Origin: a virus
DNA length: 64,000 bases
Virus record (IMG/VR): IMGVR_UViG_3300050343_000218
Direction: 5' to 3' (one strand)
Part shown: positions 40,661 to 49,656 of the stretch, in pieces
Layout: each line of letters opens with the position of its first letter
Numbering within the stretch: position 1 is the stretch's first letter
Notes under the pieces: model-generated
What the model was told of the DNA's origin: nothing
The model's database searches: none
Seen by the model: the letters and a program-made list of their open reading frames with translations, nothing else
Translations under genes and position numbers: made by a program

Positions 40661-43600
40661 TCACGACTGCTTGTATTGTTGCAAGTCTTTTGTGCGAACC
40701 GTGAATGTTCCTTCGTTATCCACATTAGCTACGGTGTTACCAGCATACGTTGACCACGATCCATTTGCACTGGTGCTACCCCAGTAGAATCTAGTCCCAT
40801 CATAGTATGATGCTGTGCCAAGTTGATCCAGTTCGATAGAAAACAGAGCTTTACCTGTGATTGTGAGTGAGAAGTCAGTTGCATCCCAATATACAAACTG
40901 CGAACCAACCTCGGTGTATGCACTATCTTTATTAGACATATCCAAGGGCAACTTAGCAGTCAAGATCTGACGATCATTGGGAGTACCAGAGTTAGCACAG
41001 GTTGATGCAACCATCAATGTACCATATTGTGGTCCAAGTACAGCAATACCACCTGGTTGAGTGATACCAGACGTACTGATCTTACCTGCTCGTGTGATGT
41101 TAGCAGCATCAGGTGTTCTTCTGTATCCATTAGTACGCTCAGGCAGTGATGCAGTAGTTAACTCCAACACATATGAGTCAAGCTGAGAGAACTGATTGGT
41201 GACAGACAATGCTGCAAACAATCTATCTTGATACGAACCTCTAGTGTAGAACGTGCTAACAGCATCAGTCTGGATAGTAGACTCACTATCTCTCTTGTCA
41301 TCACGTGAACCACTGTTATCATCCAATTGCTGGATTCCAGGAGTTTCCACAAATCCAAAGCGCAAGTCTTTAACGATGTCAGCACCATTACCATTGTTAA
41401 TAACAAACGATGTTGAGCTGTGAGGACCATCATTATGTGACTTAGAACCACCAGCGCGTCTTCTAATATTACCAACAATCACAACAGCATTGGTGTCACC
41501 TGCTTGAGTTTCATCACCACCAACAGCAAACTTAAGACCGAAATCATTGAGCTGTTTATCATAATCATCAACACCCTTGCTGAATGCAAATGTCGAGAGT
41601 CTTAGATCATCACCAACAATGTATGCCCAGTTCTCACTAGCAGTTGTAACAGGAGTAATTCCATTCCATTTAGTTACACCGTACATACCACGTGTGGTTG
41701 TACCTGTACTGTCGTAAGTCTTACCTGCGTAACCAACATACAAGCGGTTGCCATCAGTACTATTGACTTGAGTAACATCGATGCCAAACACACCATCAAC
41801 AGCGTTACCTGATTGAGCACCACCCAGTAGAATAGTTCCACTGCTGTTACCCATACCAACAACAGTAGCACCACCTGAACCAGTAATACTGAGAGGAATA
41901 GAAGCTATAGCTCCATACTGTGTATTAGTACCACTAGAGGTTCGTGAGTAATGACCACCAATAAACAATACTGCAGTATTAGATGTATCTAAAGTGACAG
42001 CACAAGCGTGAATCTGGAAGTTCTCTGTTGCTGTGTCGAGTGTGGTAGCATCAGAATTGACATACTGATAATCCCACTGGAATGTCATATCCTTATTGTA
42101 ACAAGTGATATAACCACACCCAAAGTTGTTGCTGTTAGTTGTATCAGCAGTCCAACCAACTGTATAGATGTTACCAACTTCATCCACACATACATCTTTA
42201 GGGTAAGTGTTAAAGCCCGTGTCATAGATACGAGACTCAACACCACCAGTAGGAGTGTGACGAGTTAGCAATTGCTTGCGCAGTCCAGTGTTACCATCCC
42301 AATACTGAGATACAGATACCATTGCATTGAAATTCTCTTGCTTAGATATCTCTTGTATATCACCTAGAACACCAGCAGCATTAGACTTGGCGTAACTAGA
42401 AACATCGAAGTCTGTCTTTGCATTGTCAGTGTTAACTGTCTGGTCAACATAAACATATGCACCACAAGACTTCTGTACTTCAATTGCACTAGTCTCTGTA
42501 GTCTCTTCATATGTTTGTAAGAAGATGTTAGAAGAGCTTCTACGATCAGCACGATCCCATTGTCTATTGGAAGTGCTATCAATCTGCAGGTTAGTTGTTG
42601 GTCCCTGCCATAAGAATCTACCAGCATATGTACCATTATCCAATGTCACTAATCTAGCACCAGATGCCATCCAAGCATTGTAATTTCCTTGTGTACTTAC
42701 GTTGCCAAGACTTGTGGGGTTAGTTGCATTGCTTGCGTGTGTATTCCACAGAGCACAACATCTTAGCAGCTTATATGTTTCAAGGTTAGTAGCATTAGTG
42801 ATGGTAGTATCATACTTTGTTTCTTCCCAACATCTAACAGTACTAGCAGGAGTATATGAGAATCTTCTAGTTACGTTATGCTCCGCATCTTCGACAAGGA
42901 TAGGACCAATCAGGTCACCATTGTGAGGCAGCTTGAGGATTACATTATCAATGTAGTTACCAACTGTACCTATCATTCTATCACTGAACGTACGAGCAGT
43001 GAGAATCATATTGTTGAACGCATCAAAGTTAATGCTATCCAACAACACACCACCATCAGTTAGTGGTTCGTACTCATACTTAGGTTTCTCAGTTGGACTT
43101 GAGACTACATCTTTCAGCCCTCTAACTTCTCTGATGTAATCAATAGTTCCATCAAATTTGATTTTTGCAACAAATCCAAAGTAACTAAGTTTGTTAGTAT
43201 ATGTACTTCCTGAAGGACCGTGGTTTGATAAAACTACGTTTCCTACGTAATAGATACCATTTGCAAAAACCTTACTATCAGCAAAGTGGATATCTGCAGT
43301 GAATGCAGTGCCTCTATCATTAGTACTACCATTGTTAAAGTAGTTGTTCATATCCCTAATGCTAGAATTAGGAACTGCAAAGAATGTTCTTACCCAATCA
43401 ATTGCATTGGTGCCAATGTTCTTCTTATTCAGCTGAATAAGGTTAGAGTGACGACCTATCTGTACACGAGTAGACTGTGGTTGATTATCTCTACTAGCGG
43501 TATATCTACCAAGAATAACGTTTGGTGCTGGAGTTAGACCACCAGTGGAAACATATTCGTAAACTGTACCTTCTGATGTAGGCTCTGGTTCAACCTTACA

Positions 43601-44836
43601 AACTTTGACTGGTGCAGTACCATCCTTAGCATACCAAGTAAAATCAAAGTCATCATTATCCCAGTCAACACGCATAAATGCGCCAGTGTTGCCAGTGTTA
43701 ATGTTATCAGTGGTAGTACCAGTATCAAATAGTCCGAGATAATTAGAAGCAGTTTGGTTCTTATATAATTCTTCTTTGTTAGTTCCAGTCCAAGGAATCA
43801 ACAACTTACCATCTTTATCAAGGGTGATCTTTGCATTCTGATCCCACCCACCAGGATACACTAATTCTTTCGCTTGCACAGCTACCCCATTGAAGGGAAT
43901 CTGAAGTGCTTGCAATGTACTACGAGACTTTGATAGATCTGTAGTGGTAGCATTACCTGCTACTAGGATATAAAATTTCTCATTGGCAATATCAATTGCA
44001 ATGTTTGATGTTGATTGTGGACGCCCACCAAATGCAGGACCGTCAAGTGAGAATGCTTCATAGCTTTCTTCACCACCAAATGCATATCCAAGATTAACTA
44101 GGTTATCAGTTGTAGGATTAACAAAGTTACTCTGAGAGTCGTGCATCGTATCCTGTTGAGGATGACGAGGTTCGCTTGATTCAAATCCAGTACCACGATA
44201 TGATCTTACCTTAGTAATCTTAAGATCAGGTGCACCCATCTTGGCAGTACACATCTCACTGCTAGTATCATTTCTATTCTCAAACACATTAGCGTGTTCA
44301 AAATTATTTGATACGTTGAGATTATTGATTGATGCAGGATATGTTGCAGAGTTAGATGAATTCCAGATGTTCTCCCATACTCTGTTACCAGCAGAGCTGA
44401 TCTTCATAATATGATAGGTCGCATCATTGGTGGAGTCATTCCACCCAACGTTGGAATAATTAAAACGCTTTAAGTTATAGTTATTGACACCGTTCTCATT
44501 TGTGGTCACCATAAAACAGACAAAGATACTATTGTCTGTTGTGTTACAAGCTAAAGCACAGGGATATACATTATTGGCAGATGAAAATGTATACTGCCAA
44601 GAAACAGCACCAATAGCACCAATCTTGGCAACTACAGTGTTGTATAAACCAGTAAGAGTATTTCTTTCTCCATTAACAGTGTACACCTCACCAGATGATG
44701 AGGTGGCGACATCATACATTCCAGATGGTTGTCTATAACTGGAATTATCGTGTGTGTCGCGCTTTGCTTCTACAAGGGTATAGAAATTTCCGCCGCCACC
44801 AGACGACATCATCCCTTTAGCTGCGAATAAAGGCAT
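40661..44836 (-). CDS. Large beta-rich (beta-propeller-like) tail tip / receptor-binding candidate (1391 aa)
   Basis: N-terminal MPLFAAKGMMSSGGGG and blade-like repeats (KIGAIGAVSWQY, KISSAGNRVWEN, KIKFDGTIDYIR, VDEVGNIYTVG). Confidence 0.7.
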   Translation of the reverse strand: MPLFAAKGMMSSGGGGNFYTLVEAKRDTHDNSSYRQPSGMYDVATSSSGEVYTVNGERNTLTGLYNTVVAKIGAIGAVSWQYTFSSANNVYPCALACNTTDNSIFVCFMVTTNENGVNNYNLKRFNYSNVGWNDSTNDATYHIMKISSAGNRVWENIWNSSNSATYPASINNLNVSNNFEHANVFENRNDTSSEMCTAKMGAPDLKITKVRSYRGTGFESSEPRHPQQDTMHDSQSNFVNPTTDNLVNLGYAFGGEESYEAFSLDGPAFGGRPQSTSNIAIDIANEKFYILVAGNATTTDLSKSRSTLQALQIPFNGVAVQAKELVYPGGWDQNAKITLDKDGKLLIPWTGTNKEELYKNQTASNYLGLFDTGTTTDNINTGNTGAFMRVDWDNDDFDFTWYAKDGTAPVKVCKVEPEPTSEGTVYEYVSTGGLTPAPNVILGRYTASRDNQPQSTRVQIGRHSNLIQLNKKNIGTNAIDWVRTFFAVPNSSIRDMNNYFNNGSTNDRGTAFTADIHFADSKVFANGIYYVGNVVLSNHGPSGSTYTNKLSYFGFVAKIKFDGTIDYIREVRGLKDVVSSPTEKPKYEYEPLTDGGVLLDSINFDAFNNMILTARTFSDRMIGTVGNYIDNVILKLPHNGDLIGPILVEDAEHNVTRRFSYTPASTVRCWEETKYDTTITNATNLETYKLLRCCALWNTHASNATNPTSLGNVSTQGNYNAWMASGARLVTLDNGTYAGRFLWQGPTTNLQIDSTSNRQWDRADRRSSSNIFLQTYEETTETSAIEVQKSCGAYVYVDQTVNTDNAKTDFDVSSYAKSNAAGVLGDIQEISKQENFNAMVSVSQYWDGNTGLRKQLLTRHTPTGGVESRIYDTGFNTYPKDVCVDEVGNIYTVGWTADTTNSNNFGCGYITCYNKDMTFQWDYQYVNSDATTLDTATENFQIHACAVTLDTSNTAVLFIGGHYSRTSSGTNTQYGAIASIPLSITGSGGATVVGMGNSSGTILLGGAQSGNAVDGVFGIDVTQVNSTDGNRLYVGYAGKTYDSTGTTTRGMYGVTKWNGITPVTTASENWAYIVGDDLRLSTFAFSKGVDDYDKQLNDFGLKFAVGGDETQAGDTNAVVIVGNIRRRAGGSKSHNDGPHSSTSFVINNGNGADIVKDLRFGFVETPGIQQLDDNSGSRDDKRDSESTIQTDAVSTFYTRGSYQDRLFAALSVTNQFSQLDSYVLELTTASLPERTNGYRRTPDAANITRAGKISTSGITQPGGIAVLGPQYGTLMVASTCANSGTPNDRQILTAKLPLDMSNKDSAYTEVGSQFVYWDATDFSLTITGKALFSIELDQLGTASYYDGTRFYWGSTSANGSWSTYAGNTVANVDNEGTFTVRTKDLQQYKQS

Positions 44837-44839
44837 TTA

Positions 44840-45757
44840 TCAGAACTCCTGACCAGATGTGAACCCGTAGTAAACAGTACCGCCGTTAAATGTGGTAAAG
44901 AGGAAAATGTCAGTCGCGTTAGGGTTAGATGAAACAGTAGGAACCACTGCACCTGCCCATTTAACAGTTCTGCCAACAAATGTACTTAGATCAACAGTTC
45001 TACCGCCAGTACTATCTTGTGTCAACACAAGAACAAAGCTGGTAGATGCACCTGCTTGCTCTCCAGTAACCTGGAAAGTGGTAATATCCTCAGTAAGACT
45101 AACTGTATGGATAGCAGACTGAGACAGGTCAATAGAAACATTGCCTGTGCCAATTGAATCTAGAACGACAGTTTCAGAATAAGATGCGACGTGAACTCTA
45201 GCAGGATTTGATCCAACCAAATGAGTGAAGTAATCAGCACTTTCATCCCATACTACTTTAGAGTTTAGTGACGTGCCTCGCTCAACTTCGACACCAGCAA
45301 CACCATCAGCGTGAGTAACACCAGCTCCAGTCTCACCACTGTTCAGAACAATTGTGTTGTCTGCAATTGTTGTGTTAGTGGTATCAACTGTTGTAGTTGT
45401 TCCACTGACAGTGAGATTACCTGTAATAGTGGCATTGGGTGCTGTAAGTGTATCAGTCGCAGCATCATAACTGAATCCTGTTTCTCCACCAAACCCAGTG
45501 CCAGATTTATATTGTACTTGACCATCTGCATCACCACCTGAAGCAGACTCAGTACCACGTGCTAAGTATTCCCAGTGCGAATCAACCGCATTGTTTGTAG
45601 ATGGTACGTTTCCAGTAGTGTCCGTGACACAAATATATGCAGAGGTAGTAGCACCGTCATAATAACTAACGGCATCATCTATCTCATAAGCGGTGGCACC
45701 AGCGTAAGTACCTCTCCACTTAATTTTAATCTTGCCAACATCGATTGTGAGAGCCAT
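44840..45757 (-). CDS. Tail fibre adaptor-like protein (305 aa)
   Basis: MALTIDVGKIKIKWRGTY..., GQVQY..G..FGGE linker, C-terminal VKWAGAVVPTVSSNPNATDIFLFTTFNGGTVYYG domain. Confidence 0.8.
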   Translation of the reverse strand: MALTIDVGKIKIKWRGTYAGATAYEIDDAVSYYDGATTSAYICVTDTTGNVPSTNNAVDSHWEYLARGTESASGGDADGQVQYKSGTGFGGETGFSYDAATDTLTAPNATITGNLTVSGTTTTVDTTNTTIADNTIVLNSGETGAGVTHADGVAGVEVERGTSLNSKVVWDESADYFTHLVGSNPARVHVASYSETVVLDSIGTGNVSIDLSQSAIHTVSLTEDITTFQVTGEQAGASTSFVLVLTQDSTGGRTVDLSTFVGRTVKWAGAVVPTVSSNPNATDIFLFTTFNGGTVYYGFTSGQEF

Positions 45758-45786
45758 CTAACTCAAGGATACTTGTTCTCTTAGTT

Positions 45787-45794
45787 TATTTATG
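45787..45794 (-). promoter_or_regulatory. Late promoter CATAAATA
   Basis: Plus strand tatttatg, about 30 nt upstream of the ATG at 45757. Confidence 0.7.
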
Positions 45795-45799
45795 GGCTA

Positions 45800-46429
45800 T
45801 TAGATTGTATAGTAGACAAAACAACGTTTGTACGTGCCTTGACAAGGGTCGCCATAAGAACCATTGTTAGAATTTACAGTAACTTCAGATACACCACCAT
45901 TAGATAGTAATTGTGATCCAGAATTACATCCACCAGTGGATGCAGTTATGGTCTGAGTTGCATCTTGCTGCTGCGATGTTAATCCACTCCAACTTGCATT
46001 AGGTGTGCCATACGATTCAAATTGTTTAGCAATTAGAGTAGAACCAATCTGTCTTTGAGTGAAGTCTCTAGTTTCACCATCAATAGTAATAGTGAAACTA
46101 AATGTTGACCCAAAATCTGAAGCTCTTAAAGTATAATTATTACCCTCATTCACCTGGTTTCCTGCATATCCAAATGCTGAGGTAGTTCCAGAAAGAACTA
46201 ACTCATAAGCTCCATTTGTCCCTAATGACAATCCAGGTAAGAGATTGCCATCTAAACGATATACATCAACATTCTCTGCTATAACAAAAGATACTATAGA
46301 TCCAGTTGATTGTTGAGGAAGTGCCGCATTATTAGCATAATTCCAAGAAAGTGGACCCAAATTAGCTCCACCACCACCAGATCCTGCTGCAAAAATAACA
46401 CCTTTTGAAAAACCAATCGGAGGACTCAT
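45800..46429 (-). CDS. Small tail tip protein with a C-terminal galactose/rhamnose-binding-lectin-like segment (probable start 46429)
   Basis: MSPPIGFSKGVIFAAGSGGGG with ATGA overlap. The C-terminal FESYGTPN...NNGSYGDPCQGTYKR resembles SUEL-lectin YG.P...FGDPC.GTxK motifs. Confidence 0.7.
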   Translation of the reverse strand: MSPPIGFSKGVIFAAGSGGGGANLGPLSWNYANNAALPQQSTGSIVSFVIAENVDVYRLDGNLLPGLSLGTNGAYELVLSGTTSAFGYAGNQVNEGNNYTLRASDFGSTFSFTITIDGETRDFTQRQIGSTLIAKQFESYGTPNASWSGLTSQQQDATQTITASTGGCNSGSQLLSNGGVSEVTVNSNNGSYGDPCQGTYKRCFVYYTI

Positions 46430-47685
46430 TGGAAATCTAATCCTCCAACAAAACCAAGCCAAGAAAGACCATTGTTAGTAGTAGATAGAGTAACAACATC
46501 AATTCTACCTGAAGTTGTGGACATCGTAGGAATTGTACCACTTGCCCATTTAGTATTGGTTGGCCAAGCTACACTGTAACTACCGTTAGATGTCATTACC
46601 AATGTAATAGAGACAGCACGAGAGTTTTCAGGTAGAGTAACAGTCATAGAACTGATGATCTCTGTCCGTGTAATAGTAAACACAGAAGCAGTTGTTGCAT
46701 CAAGATCGACTACTCCAGAAGCGATAGTAACATTACTTACAGCTTCATCAAAGCAACCATTAATTCTAATTGGAGTATTGACTTGCAATAAAGCAGAGGT
46801 CAGCATAAACTTGTTAGTACCACCCAGATCCATATTGACCGTAGGAGCACTAGTATCTGCATTAGATAAAGTAAAGACACCACCGTCATTAACCAAGGAA
46901 ACTGGTTCATTTCTTAGTGAGTTTTTATGTAAATGAACACCAGATTTTTGTGCCTGTGATGTGTTTGGCATCACCTCAATGAACGTACCAAATGCATTGG
47001 TATGATCAGATCTAAAGCGAGCGACTACATCATCTGCAGTTGCAGTTGCAATTGATTTAACGTCCAATCGTACAGCAGGCACAGATGTACCAACACCAAC
47101 ACGATCATTGGTTGAATCAAACATCAAACCACTAGTTTTAACAGAAAATCCTGTACTAGAAGCTATAGTAGTGGCAGTGATAGTAGCAGGCAATCTTGCG
47201 TTATCAATAGTGCCACTAGTGATTTGAGGTCCACTAATATTATATGTGAGCTGATTAGCACCTTCCCAGATACTACTAGCACGGAACGTTCCCGTAACAT
47301 CCAGATCATATGCAGGAGATCCTGCAGCACTACCAGTCACTGCAATCGAAGGAACTGAGAGAAGATCAGTAGCAGGATCAAATGTAAATCCAGCTTCAGC
47401 ACCCAGTGCTAAACCAGATCGATACTGAACCTGATTAGATGTGGTACCACCAGGTTGCAAACCACCAGCGAGACCACCACCAGCAAATAGATTCCAGTAA
47501 CCAGTGTTTACTGTACCAGTGACTGATGGTCCTTGATTTGTATGTGCAGCAACGCAAATGTAAGTACTAACGGTACTTCCGTCGTCATACCATACTAGAT
47601 CATCAACCACATAGTCTGTGGAAGATGACCAGTTGCCTTGCCAAGTAAGTTTAATCTTACCAACGTCGATGAAAAATTCTGCCAT
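46426..47685 (-). CDS. Tail fibre adaptor-like protein (419 aa), paralogue of 44840-45757
   Basis: MAEFFIDVGKIKLTWQGNW..., NQVQYRSG, DRVGVGTSVP, C-terminal TKWASGTIPTMSTTSGRIDVVTLSTTNNGLSWLG. Confidence 0.8.
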   Translation of the reverse strand: MAEFFIDVGKIKLTWQGNWSSSTDYVVDDLVWYDDGSTVSTYICVAAHTNQGPSVTGTVNTGYWNLFAGGGLAGGLQPGGTTSNQVQYRSGLALGAEAGFTFDPATDLLSVPSIAVTGSAAGSPAYDLDVTGTFRASSIWEGANQLTYNISGPQITSGTIDNARLPATITATTIASSTGFSVKTSGLMFDSTNDRVGVGTSVPAVRLDVKSIATATADDVVARFRSDHTNAFGTFIEVMPNTSQAQKSGVHLHKNSLRNEPVSLVNDGGVFTLSNADTSAPTVNMDLGGTNKFMLTSALLQVNTPIRINGCFDEAVSNVTIASGVVDLDATTASVFTITRTEIISSMTVTLPENSRAVSITLVMTSNGSYSVAWPTNTKWASGTIPTMSTTSGRIDVVTLSTTNNGLSWLGFVGGLDFQ

Positions 47686-49632
47686 TTATCTTACTGTGAC
47701 GACAAGATGCCCACTACTATCTATATTGAATTCCAGACCGCTTGGTGCGAAGAACTGGTGTGTATTCAAATTAGATGAATATTCGGCATAAGAAACGTTT
47801 GTTTGTCTACCAGCATATACAATTGTTAAGTTTGTATCACCTGGTTGAGGTTTGCGAATGATGTAATAATCACCAGCATCACCAGACTCTTTCCAGTTTG
47901 CACCGTTATAAGTCTTGAATGTACTTTGAGCAGTATTATAGAATACTTGACCCACTGTGGGTGCTGCAGGATCAACAGCACCACTGATATCAATCTTAGG
48001 TGATGTTACAGCGCCATTATCAAGTTTAGATGTCTCTACAGCACTGTCACGCATTGTAGCTGCAGTAACTGCTTGAGATCCAGGGGTTTGATTCAATTTA
48101 GGTTCAGTTACAGCTCCATTTTGGAGGTTATCTGTAATAATACCACCCTGAGCAATTTTAGCTGCAGTGACAGCATCATCTGCAAGTTTTGGTGTCGTTA
48201 CACTTAGGTTAATGATCTTATTGGTTGACACCGAAAGATCATCTAGTGTGTCTGTCTGGACTCTTGTGAAGTCTTGCAGCGTACCAGTTGCGGTTGAAGG
48301 CGACTGGAATACATACCCTGCTGAATAAGCAGAGTAGATGCTGCTATTATAATAACGAACCCTAACGTAATAGTTAGTGGAAGGACGAATAGAGTCAAGA
48401 GGAATTGGGAATGTAGTTTTGTTTGTATTATCTTCTGTTGCAACGATCACTAGATTGGCGAAAGCTGCATCAGTTGCAACTTGCCAGTCACTATTAATGT
48501 GTGATTGTGTCGTTGATTGTGTAGCAACAAATGGTGATGTAACCACGTCTAGTCTATCGTAGATAGTAGATTCGATAACACTACTAACAAACGGACACTG
48601 TATTTCTCCAGGAACAGCAACAGTATTAAACTGTACAGGTTCTGACCATTCAGAATACCAATACTGTGCCTGCAAGTCAACATACTCGTAACGAACACGT
48701 ACAAAGTATGTCTTAGCTTCTTCTAGGATACCTAAAGAAAGAGTGAGACTTGTCTTATTGTTAATGTCATTCTGTGCTCTATGTACAAGACCACTAGTAT
48801 TATCAATCTGTGGTGATGGTGCACCAGATGCTCCAGGTGCACTGCCTGAGCTGCTACCAAATGTAGGAGAAAATGCAACTTCCCAGGTACTTGATACGTG
48901 AGTAGCACCATTACTACCAGTAAATCCACTGGATGTAATTGTAGGTGTAATGATTACATTAGAAGCATCAGCTACAGGAGAAAGAATAGCAGGACGATTA
49001 ATCTTAGGGTTAACATTAATCTGAGTGTCAGTATAGAATGATACTGGACTACTATAACTTGAGTACGTACCCAGGTTATCCTTATATCTTATTCTCACAT
49101 AATATAGATTATTATATGAAAGAGTTTGTGGAGTATATTGCGTCAGACTTGAGGGTGAATCGATCAGCTCCTCAACTATAGTAGTAAAGAGAAGATCGCT
49201 AGCGATCTGCCAATCAGTTCTAGTGTGAGTATTACCACCAACAAATGCAGATGATGTAATAACAGGAATCAATGGGGTTGGAGAAGAGATAGTAACAACA
49301 GGTGTTTCAATTGGAAGACCCGTGTTAAATTCTGCTACCTGTGACCAGTTAGAAATCTCAGATGCATCATCGCGATGTCTAACACGAACATAATAGAACG
49401 TGTCAGATACTAACGTAGCAGCTGGAATTGTCAGACTATTTAAGTTGACAGTATCATTCTGATTGTAAACTAATGATGCTGATGAGAAGGTATCCGATGT
49501 GGCGACTTGCCAGTCTGTCGAGTCGTGAGTACCAACTCCAGCTTCCCCAAAGAACGTTGTAGCGTTCAATGTGGGAGTTAGGGAAGATGGTGACGGAATG
49601 CTTCCCAACGCTGGTGGGTAAATTAATGCCAT
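47686..49632 (-). CDS. Structural protein with four Fn3-like repeats and AVTxxKL fibre repeats (648 aa)
   Basis: Four HxxxxW(Q/E)(V/I)A...F...Y(Y/F)VR(V/I)RY repeats, then AVTAAKIA / AVTEPKL / AVETSKL. Confidence 0.8.
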   Translation of the reverse strand: MALIYPPALGSIPSPSSLTPTLNATTFFGEAGVGTHDSTDWQVATSDTFSSASLVYNQNDTVNLNSLTIPAATLVSDTFYYVRVRHRDDASEISNWSQVAEFNTGLPIETPVVTISSPTPLIPVITSSAFVGGNTHTRTDWQIASDLLFTTIVEELIDSPSSLTQYTPQTLSYNNLYYVRIRYKDNLGTYSSYSSPVSFYTDTQINVNPKINRPAILSPVADASNVIITPTITSSGFTGSNGATHVSSTWEVAFSPTFGSSSGSAPGASGAPSPQIDNTSGLVHRAQNDINNKTSLTLSLGILEEAKTYFVRVRYEYVDLQAQYWYSEWSEPVQFNTVAVPGEIQCPFVSSVIESTIYDRLDVVTSPFVATQSTTQSHINSDWQVATDAAFANLVIVATEDNTNKTTFPIPLDSIRPSTNYYVRVRYYNSSIYSAYSAGYVFQSPSTATGTLQDFTRVQTDTLDDLSVSTNKIINLSVTTPKLADDAVTAAKIAQGGIITDNLQNGAVTEPKLNQTPGSQAVTAATMRDSAVETSKLDNGAVTSPKIDISGAVDPAAPTVGQVFYNTAQSTFKTYNGANWKESGDAGDYYIIRKPQPGDTNLTIVYAGRQTNVSYAEYSSNLNTHQFFAPSGLEFNIDSSGHLVVTVR

Positions 49633-49656
49633 TTTGCTTGTTTGCTATACTTTAAT

